NCBI RefSeq assembly: GCF_044704955.1
Contig: NW_027254382.1
Location: 372,001-436,000 of the forward strand
Direction of reading: 5' to 3'
DNA length: 64,000 nucleotides
DNA from: Pristiophorus japonicus
Lineage: Eukaryota
Shown: piece by piece, positions 25,621 through 35,323 of the stretch
Layout of the letters: each line of letters starts with the position of its first letter
Numbering within the stretch: position 1 is the first letter of the stretch
The notes under the pieces: generated by a model
Told to the model about the DNA's origin: nothing
What the model saw: only the letters and a program-made list of their open reading frames with translations
Database searches by the model: none
Translations under genes and position numbers: made by a program

Positions 25621-26020
25621 TGAAGCTTTATTCTGTATCTAACCCGTGCTTTAGTTGCCCTTGGTGTGTTTAATGGGACGGTATAGAGGGGGTTTTACTC
25701 TGCATAGACCAGTGCTGTACCGGCCCTGGGAGTGTTTGATATAAAAGCGTAGAAGGAACTTTCATCTGTATGTAACCCGTGCTGCACCTGTCCTGGGAGC
25801 GTTTGTTGGGACAGCATACTTGGAACTTTACTCTACATCTAACCAGTGCTGTACCTGCCCTGAGATTGTTTGATGGGACGGTTTGGAGGAAGCGTTATTC
25901 TCTATCTAACCCGTGCTGTACCTGCCCTGCGAGTGTTTGATGGGACCGTATCGAGGAAGCTTTACTCTGCATAGACCCGTGCTGTGCCTGCCCTGCGAGT
26001 GTTTAATGGCACAGTGTCAA
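25621..26020 (+). repeat. 67-bp satellite (continuation of the 20370-20550 array)
   Basis: The unit broken at catagaggaa (20550) resumes as gaagctttattctgtatct (25622). Confidence 0.9.
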
Positions 26021-26229
26021 ACCACTACACCAACAAAATGTTAATATCAGAGCAACATCCTGTGTATTGCATTTCGTTTTTAGCTGCTTGGCGTCATCAC
26101 GTCAGCAACGCCGAAACACCGGATGACGTCATTTTTCAAAACAATTCAGCGTCACCAGTGTGACTTGGTCGCCACAGCAACATCAGTGCGAACTCTGACC
26201 CTGAGCCACTCGAAGTGCTCGATGCGACC

Positions 26230-27545
26230 TATATAGACACATCTGCACCCCAGGGTTTAGAGCAATAATAAACGAGACCAATTGTAACATAGGCAGAGAG
26301 AGGATATAGGGTAAACTCAAGAGAGACAGCGTCAATGCAGTAATATAAACAGGGACTGGGTCTAGTGTAATATAAACAGAGACAGGGTGTAGTGTAATGT
26401 AAACAGAGACAGCGTCTTGTGTAATATATAAAATACAGGGTCCCGTGTAACATAAACAGAAACAGGGTCTATGGTAATATAAACAGTGGCAGGGTCTAGT
26501 GTAATATAAATAGGGACAGGGTCTAGTGTAATATAAACAGGGACATGGTCTAGTGTAATATAAACAGAGACAGGGTCTAGGGTAATGTAAACAGGGACAT
26601 GGTCTAGTGTAATATTAACAGAGTTAGGGGCTAGTGTAATATAAACAGAGACAGGGTCTAGTGTAATAGAAACAGGGACAGGGTCTAGTGTAATATAAAC
26701 AGGGACAGGAAGCAGTGTAATATAGAGAGACAGGGTCCAATGTAATGTTTACAGAGACAGGGTCTCGTGTAATATAACTAAAAATGGGTCCAGTGTAATA
26801 TAAATATAGACAGGATCTAGTACAATATAAACAGGGACAGTGTCTCGTGTAATATAAAGAGAGACAGGATCTAGTGTAATAGAAACAGCGACAGGGTCTA
26901 GTGTAATTTAAAAAGAAAGTGGGTCTAGTGTAATATAAACGGAGACAGGGTATAATCTAACATAAAAAGCCAGGGGATAGTGTAATATAAACAGTGACAG
27001 GGTATAATCTAACATAAAAAGCCAGGGGATAGTGTAATATAAACAGTGACAGGGTCCAACATAATATAGCAAATGGTATCGTGCATTAATAACTGAGACA
27101 TGGCCTCGTGTAATATAAACAGAGACAGGGTATCGCGTAATATAAACAGAGACAGGGCCATGAGTAATATAAACAGAGGCAGAGATTCGTGTAATATAAA
27201 CAGAGACAGGGCCGTGTGTAATATAAAATAAGACAGGGTCTAGTGTAATGAAAACTGAGACAGGGTCTTGTGTAATATAAATAGGGACAGGGTCTAGTGT
27301 AATATAAACAGAGACAGGATCTTGGGGAATATAAACAGAGACAGGATCTAGTGTAATATAAACAGAGACAGCGTCTAGTGTAATATAAACAGAGAGAGGG
27401 TCCAGTGTATTATAAAAAGAGACAGGGTCTCGTGTAATATATACAGAGACAGGATCTGGTGTAATATAAACAGGGATAGGGTTTAGTGTAATATAAACAG
27501 AGCTAGATCCTAGCGTAATATAAATAGAGAGAAGGTCTACTCTCA
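26230..27545 (+). repeat. 27-bp satellite array, forward
   Basis: More than 40 visible units. Confidence 0.95.
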
Positions 27546-27939
27546 GGTAAATGAGCAACAATGGACATACTTTACGATTCTCATTAGCGTTTCTGGAGAC
27601 GGCGATAATGGGCATTACCGGCTGTACAATATGGGTGGCGAGAGTAGCAATGCCCGAGAAATTGTCATGGTGGTTTCTGGCGGCAGTAATCTCGACCGCC
27701 ACGATCTCCTGCGGCCGAAGATCATGACATCATCAGACAGCACAGATATCCAGTAGCACTTAGGATCCAAACTTCAGAACCGGCCTCTGCCGCATCGCCA
27801 AGTGACAATACCTGCAGCTGCAGGAAGCATTGTTCGGGATTCCAGCCGCTTGGGGAGTGGTATTTAATGGTAAGGCCGCTTGTGTCGATAATAAATTTGT
27901 TTAAGCGTCTTAGGATTTTTTTCAACATTTTCCTATGCA

Positions 27940-28665
27940 CCGTCTCAGTTATAACTACATTATACCCTGCCTCGCTTTATATTACACTATACTCTGTCGC
28001 TCTTTATATTAACCTAGACCCTGTCTCCGTTTATGTTACACTAGACGCTGTCTCGATTTATATTACAGTAGATCCTGTCCCTGTTTATAATGCACTCGAC
28101 CTTGTCTCTGTTTATATTACATTGGATCCTGTCTCTGTTTATATTACAGTCGACCCTGTCTCTGTTTATATTACACTAGGCCCTGTTTCTCTTTATATTA
28201 CTTTAGACCCTGTCTCTGTTTATATTACACTGGACCCTGTTTCTGTTTATATTACACTATAGACTGTCTCACTTTATATTACACGGCCCTGACTCTGTTT
28301 ATATTACAGTAGTTTCTGTCCCTTTTTATATTACAGTAGACCCTGTCTCGGTTTATATTACAGTAGATCCTGTTCTTGTTTATATTACACTAGACTATGT
28401 CTCTGTTTATACTACACTAGACCCTGTCTCCGTTTAAATTACACTCGACCCTGTCGCTGTTTATATTAAGCTAGACTCTGTCTCTGTTTATATTACACTC
28501 GACCCTGTCTCGGTTTATATTACAGTAGATCCTGTCCCTGTTTATATTACACTGGACTATGTCTCTCTTATATTACACTAGGCTCTGTCTCTGTTTATAT
28601 TAAGCTAGGCACTGTCTCTGTTTATATTACACTCGCTACTGTCACTCTTTATATTACACCAGATT
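27940..28665 (-). repeat. 27-bp satellite array, inverted
   Basis: (TGTCTCTGTTTATATTACACTAGACCC)n is the reverse complement of the upstream array. Confidence 0.95.
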
Positions 28666-28679
28666 ATCGTTCCTTTTAA

Positions 28680-31600
28680 TATATATATTCATTTCCGTTT
28701 TTGAAAGTTATTGTACAACCTGCTGACATCACCCTCTCAGGCAATACATTCCAGATTATTACAATTAGCTGCATAAAAAAGTCTCCTTATCTCCCATCTT
28801 GATGTATTATATCAATCATCTTCAATTTTTGTCCTCTCTTTACCCATACTCCTGACGATACATTACTATCAACTCTATGACATCCTTTCCCAATTTTGAA
28901 AACCTCTGTTAATTCTCACCTAAGCATTCCCTGTATAATAAGACTAATCCCATCCTCTCTCATCTCCACATAACTGAACTCCTTCATGCCTTGTACCAAA
29001 CTCATTTGCATCCTCGGCAAGGCCCCCACAATCTTCCTAATGTGTGGATTGAAATTAACGCAATCTTTATTTGTCCTTCAGATTATTTCTAAGGATCCAT
29101 GCCAACTCACATTTGACTGGCTGAGCAGTAATCTGAGCATTAATTATATTGTTAAAAATGCTGTTTCTTCTTTTGACAATGCAGACAGTGACTGAAATGC
29201 TCAACAACATCGGCCTCTACATGACTCATGGTTCAATATTCGCCACCTGCTGATAAATGATATCTACTGCAGGCCACAGAATTTCCTTTAAACGCGATTC
29301 ATAATTCCACCCACAATAACTTGCATGAAAGTTTACCCAGATGATTTTTTAGAGCTAATACCAAGAGGTGCAAATTAAGTATTAAGGACGGAATTAGCAA
29401 AATTATTGTTGCAAATTCATCTTCTGCTCATCATAGAGAGCCGTCAGATTTGATACACTTCCATAAGGAATAAAAACTTCACAGGAAAAATGGTCCAACA
29501 ATGGCTAAGAAGGGAAATTAAAGTTAATATTAGATTAAAGGAACAAGCTTAAAATGTTGTCAAAATAGCAGTTACCTCTAGGATTGGGTGGATTTTACAA
29601 TTCAGGAAAAGATGACTATGCAGCTGATAAAGTGGGAGAAAATATAAAATGGAATAAACTATCAAAAATCTAAAAACAGATTGTTAGAGCTTCTACACGT
29701 GTGCAGAATGATGACTTAATTGAGCGTACCATGTGTAATGTATCCACGTTTTCCTACGATACAAAGTTCGGTGGGACAGTAAACAGTGAGAAGGAAGTAA
29801 TGAGGCTGCAAAGGGCTATTGACAAGTTAAGTGAGTGGGAAAGAACATGGCAGATTTGATATAATGGGGAGAAGTGCGAAGTTACGCACTTTGGCAGGAC
29901 AAATAGGAAGGCCGAATATCTTTTCAATGCTAAGAAACTGGGCAATGTTGTTTTTCAGAAAGACCTGGATGGCCTCGTACACGAATCAAAGAAACTTAAC
30001 ATGCAGCTACAGTAAGCAATTCGGAAAGCAAATGGTAGATTACATGTCATTGCTTAGGGATTGCAGTATTAGAGTAAAGCCGCCTCATGCACTTACATAG
30101 GGCCCTGCTGAAACTGCACCTGTAGTATTGTGTGCAGTTTTGTTCTACTTACGTATGGAAGGATATACTTGCCTTTGACCGGAGTGCATCAATCTTCATC
30201 AGACCGATTCCTGGGATGGTGGGAGGGGTCTGTCATATGAGGAGAGATTGGGTATCTAACGTCCATATTTCCTAGAAAATCAGAACATAAGAACATAAGC
30301 ACTGGGAGCAGGAGTGGGCCATATGGTCCCTTGAGCCTGCTCCGTCATTCAATGGGATCATGTATGATCTTCTACCTCAACTCCACTTTTCTACACTATC
30401 CAGATATCGATTGATTCCATTAATGTCCAAAAATCTATCGATCTCTGATTTGAATATATTCAAAGATTGAGCTTCCACAGCCTTCTGTTTTAGAGAATTC
30501 CAAAGATTCATCATGCATTCAATTAGACCATGGCTGATCTGTATCTCAGCTCCATCATTCAGCCTTGGTTCCATAACATAATACCCTTTCCTAACACAAA
30601 TCTACTAATCAATCACTGAAAACCATCAGCAGTGAAGGCCACCGCCTTTTCTTATTAATTCCCGAAATGTGGGCAGGGCTGCAAAGGCCGGTATTTATTG
30701 CCCATCCCCAGTCGCTCCGTGAGGAGTCGGTGGTGGGCCTTCTACTTGAACCACTGCAGTTCTGCTCCTCCCAACAGTTGGTCACCCATTTAGAACTAAG
30801 ATGAGCAGGAATTTCTGCTCTCAGAGGGTTGTAAATCTGTGGAATTCTCTACCCCAGAGAGACGTGGAGGCTGGGTCATTGAATATAGTTAAGGTGGTGA
30901 TAGACAGATTTATGAATGATAGGGAGTGAACGGTTTTGCGGTGAGGGTAGGGAAGTGGAGTTGAGCCAAAGACCAGGTCAGCCATGATCTTATTGAATGG
31001 AGGAGCAGGCTCGAGGGGTCAAATGGCGGCCGCCTGCTCCTATTTCTTATGGTTCTTAAATTGAATACTGGATCTTTGTTGGAGGCATTTGTACAAAGCT
31101 CATGAAATAATGTGTCCAATTATGGATACCACATTTTACAAAGAATAACGGCTTGGAGAGGGTGAAGAAAAAATGTGTTTGAATGGTACCAGCGATTAAA
31201 GAATTCAGTTACATGGCGACATTAGCGAAGTTGGGGTTGTTCTCCTGAGGAGAGAGCATAGAAGGTTAAGGGGAGATCTGATAGAGGTTTTCAAAATCAT
31301 GAAGGGTTTCAATAGATTATGTTATGTTAAAGAGTCTCCAGCGGCACAAGTGTCACTAACTAGTGTTCAGAGATTTAAGGTAAATGGCAAAAGAACCAGA
31401 GGGAATATTGCATAGATAATATGGAGAATTGCATAGAATATGCAGCACAGAAACAGGCCATTCGGCCCAACCAGTCCATGCCGGCGTTTATGCTTCGCTC
31501 GAGCCCACTTCCGTATTTCCTTATTTAAATCACGTTCTTTTCCCCTCAATGCTCAGATGCTCATCGAACCTTCCTTAAATGTATCTATGCTTCCCCTCAA

Positions 31601-32150
31601 TCGTTCCCTGTGATACCGAGTTCTACATTCTTAACAATATCTGAGGGGTCTGGACATGGTAGATAGAGAGACACTGTTCCCATTGTCAGGAAGGTTAAGA
31701 ACCTGTGGACACAGATTTAAGGTGATTGGCAAAAGAACCAAAGGCGACGTAAAAAAAACAATTATGTAGCGAGTGGCTAAGGTCTGGAATGCTCCCTAAA
31801 ATTACACTAGATTCTTTCTCTGTTTATATTACTCGAGGCCATGTATATGTTATTAATGCAGTGCACATTATGTCTGTTAATATTACGCAAGGCCTTGACT
31901 TTATTTTACACGAGATCGCACATCTGTTTTGTATTACACAAGACCATGGCAATGTAAACCAAATGGTACAATGTGAATGGTTTAGAGGATCAGAGAGACT
32001 TGTTGGAGTCCGTGGACAATCCTTGAAGGTTGCAGGACAAGTTGATAAAGGCTGCTAAAAAGGAACATCGGATCCGTGCCTTTATAAATGGAGGCATAGA
32101 GTACAAAAGCAATGAAGTTATGCGAAAACTTAACAAAACACTGTTTAGCC
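28680..32150. mobile_element. Mosaic of old CR1 fragments in both orientations (with a short inverted 27-bp satellite patch at ~31800-31945)
   Basis: Degenerate ORF2 C-terminal motifs (e.g. NLWNSL..KAVEA.SLNIFK at 30377..30574) and CR1 3' UTR/tail repeats. Confidence 0.7.
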
Positions 32151-34324
32151 CCCATCCATCCAGTCATTCATCCATCTATCAACCCGTTCATTGTTCCATT
32201 GATAAATATAAACATTCAGATATCTAAATATCCATCATTCCTGCATCCATGGAAACATGTGTAATTACTTATTTCAGAATATATCCTCTCTCTGANNNNN
32301 NNNNNNNNNNNNNNNNNNNNNNNNNNNNNNNNNNNNNNNNNNNNNNNNNNNNNNNNNNNNNNNNNNNNNNNNNNNNNNNNNNNNNNNNNNNNNNNNNNNN
32401 NNNNNNNNNNNNNNNNNNNNNNNNNNNNNNNNNNNNNNNNNNNNNNNNNNNNNNNNNNNNNNNNNNNNNNNNNNNNNNNNNNNNNNNNNNNNNNNNNNNN
32501 NNNNNNNNNNNNNNNNNNNNNNNNNNNNNNNNNNNNNNNNNNNNNNNNNNNNNNNNNNNNNNNNNNNNNNNNNNNNNNNNNNNNNNNNNNNNNNNNNNNN
32601 NNNNNNNNNNNNNNNNNNNNNNNNNNNNNNNNNNNNNNGTTGTGATGTGCTGGACTGGTACTTCAGCTGACTGCTCCTGCTGACATGATGTCTGAGACAT
32701 TGTTTATATTTCCTTTCCTAGGATATGAGAAAAGTTACACACATTTCCACAACTGCAAAATTAAACTTAACTCCAGTACTGTTGATGGGTAGATTTGTAT
32801 ATAAATAAGCCTGATTCACAATGTAAAGGGTTTGAAGTTGGCTTCCCGCCAAGCGGTCATTAGTGAGGAAACAGATATTTGATGTACTGCACAGAACCAC
32901 AGATGCTTCCTCTAAATTTCATTAGATGTTCGAGGCTCGCTGACGGCAGTAGGCTTGTTTGCTGGCTAATTCTGTGCTGGTCAGATTAGCGTCAACATAT
33001 ATGGGAGAAAGATGGGATTTAACTACTTGAACTTTAAATAATTCCTTCGCCCTTTTACAAAAAATAAACATTTTAGATGGTATAACATCTCAAGAATTAT
33101 TTCCCGTCAATTCCATGCCAAATATTAAAAAATAGGATAAGAAAATAATTAATTTATCCAAATGGTGTCGAATTAAAACTATTTCCAAATAAAGGCCATT
33201 CAAGTTATTCACTCCCTTTATTCAGTAAAGCATGGAGTGCTGGAAGAGGTTTAATGACGCCATACCCAAACTGTAAGAGATGAGTGAGAATCGCAAAGTA
33301 AATAAAACAGAGATGAAATTGCGTTGAACCCGCTGCACTTCCTTGAATATTCTCAGAATTCTGTGCCTGGATTATACTAAAGTCTCCCTTATTACTCATT
33401 AGTAGCCGTGCACTGTGCGGTGTAATTTGAGCTGATTTAGATCCCTGAACCACCTCTCTCATAGCCCGGCTACCAATGCGTAGAGAAATGCCAAGATTGT
33501 GATCTATTTCAGCGGGAGATGATGCATTTATTCCTGTGATTTCCTGATATGCCGTGTTCCTGGTACCCGTGTCTGTTACACAGTCGGTCACTATTAAAGT
33601 TAGCTGCAAGGATTTGGATGCCGGGGTTTGCTGATCACATTATCGGTTTTTATTCACCAGCTTCACTCATAAAAAGCTGAACTGAAGCAGGCGGGCCAAA
33701 CTGTCTTATGTGTCTCCGTCAACTAACTTCTTAATTATCAGGCAAGCAGACTTATTTTACAGCTAATTTTATAAAGGGATGACTTAGGATCAAAGACTCA
33801 GGGGCAGTGAGTGAAATGAAATGAGAGACATTTGTATAATGTGAGGTGTGTGAAATCATCTCCAGACACAAATTGTGTAGCTATGGCCATCCATTGTTAG
33901 GAGAATCACGTTACCCATCTCCCGCACTCAGTTACATAGAGTGATAACAATTCAGATTTTCAGGGTTAATTTATTGATGCAGATGCATCGATAGATAGCG
34001 GGAGATGGAGAAACACAAACTGGCCGTATCTTTAGACCGTGATAATGTAATTCAATCCCAGAGATTCACATCCCCTGTGAAGGAGTGATGAAATAAAGGG
34101 ATTTAATTTACAGTCCAGATGTGAGTCCATTCTGTTGGTGATGTGGAAGGTGTGAAGTGGATCAAGAAACCGCCTCTATCAGGGAATCAATGGGCGGCGC
34201 CTGTAACCTCGTCCCCATCTCCCGGGTATTCAACTGCCTGTCATTGGGACCGCAATACAACAGTCTGGGAGTGGGTTTCCTCAGTAGTTCTTGCTGGAAC
34301 TATTCACCACACATCGTCAGGAGG

Positions 34325-34370
34325 ATGAGGTCGGCGATTTCACTCAGTCTGTTAGTGGCTTTATTTTCCC
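34325..34370 (+). pseudogene. IGHV: IgM VH leader exon (MRSAISLSLLVALFS)
   Basis: 46-nt hydrophobic exon with a phase-1 donor GTGAGT at 34371, followed by a 125-nt intron ending TTTTATAG at 34495. Confidence 0.92.
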
Positions 34371-34495
34371 GTGAGTAGATTTTGTTGTCCAAGTCCCTTA
34401 CTATTACTGTCTCAGTGTTAGTCTCTCTGGAATTTTAAAGAGTCAGGAAGCATTTCACCAGGATTAATCCTCGGGTTCTTTGCTTAATTTTATAG

Positions 34496-34799
34496 GTGCC
34501 AGTCGGATGTGGTGTTGACTCAGCCCGAGGCAGAAACCCGGATTTCCGGATGCTCTCTGAGACTGACCTGTAAAACCAGCGGTTTCGATCTTGGCAGCTA
34601 TGGCATGAACTGGGTCCGCCAGTTTCCCGGACAGGGGCTGGATTGGCTGATTAGATATTCCAGTTCATCGAACAAAATTTACGCCCCAGGGATTCAGAGC
34701 CGATTTATTGCGTCCAAAGACAGTTCAAGCAACATCTTTGCGTTGGACATGAAGAACCTGATGAGCGAAGACACCGCCATCTGTTAATGTGCCAGGGAC
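34496..34799 (+). pseudogene. IGHV: IgM VH exon (pseudogene)
   Basis: [49 protein letters not shown]. There is a 1-nt frameshift right after the acceptor, and YYC reads C*C (TAA at 34785-34787). Confidence 0.96.
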
Positions 34800-34838
34800 C
34801 ACAGCGAGAGGAATCAGGGCTGAACCCATACAAGAACA
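34800..34838 (+). other. VH recombination signal sequence, 23-bp spacer
   Basis: CACAGCG (34800-34806) + 23 nt + ACAAGAACA (34830-34838). Confidence 0.92.
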
Positions 34839-35228
34839 GATCGAGCAGTAATTCAACAAATTTCCATCATAACCTGACGGTCAGTAATTGTACCAAATGC
34901 AATGTTAACGGCAATGTTCAGAACCAGACCACAAACCGCTTCTTACAAAACTAGGACACTGAGAATTCAATGGTGAAAATCTAACACACTAACCGATCTA
35001 CTGCGGGGAGGTTTTGGTTTTGCTCCTGTTTAATGTTAACAGTATCAGCAATTTTAGAGCTGGACATGATGCTCGATTCACTGTGTCTGGTTCATGGAGG
35101 GAGCTGGTTGGAACTGTGTTGTGTAAACTGTTGGTTCAATTCTAAACTTGATCAGCAATTAATATCTATTTGAAGCGAATGTCTATTTGAAGTGAATGTT
35201 GAAAGTCAGTACTGAACAGAAAGTGTTC

Positions 35229-35256
35229 AGTATTTGTACGGGTTCCTATCACTGTG
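35229..35256 (-). other. D-type 5' recombination signal sequence, 12-bp spacer
   Basis: AGTATTTGT (35229-35237) + 12 nt + CACTGTG (35250-35256). Confidence 0.88.
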
Positions 35257-35323
35257 TACTACGGGAGAGGATACAACTATTTTGACTACTGGGGACAAGG
35301 GACTATGGTGACGGTGACTGCAG
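35257..35323 (+). other. IGHJ: Pre-joined D(D)-JH segment (YYGRGYNYFDYWGQGTMVTVTA)
   Basis: The frame is open from the heptamer through the WGQG motif to the GTAAG donor at 35324, with no RSS between the D-like TACTAC start and the J core. Confidence 0.9.

Noticed and set aside
26908-28262. ORFs of repeated ITLDPVSVY (also 9881..10570)
   Set aside because: They are translations of the 27-bp satellite, with no splice or coding evidence.
32249-32700. ORFs spanning N runs (also 62133..62477)
   Set aside because: Artefacts of assembly gaps.
35079-35085. Extra CACTGTG heptamer between V and DJ (possible hidden D)
   Set aside because: There is no nonamer at 12 or 23 spacing and no downstream CACAGTG.
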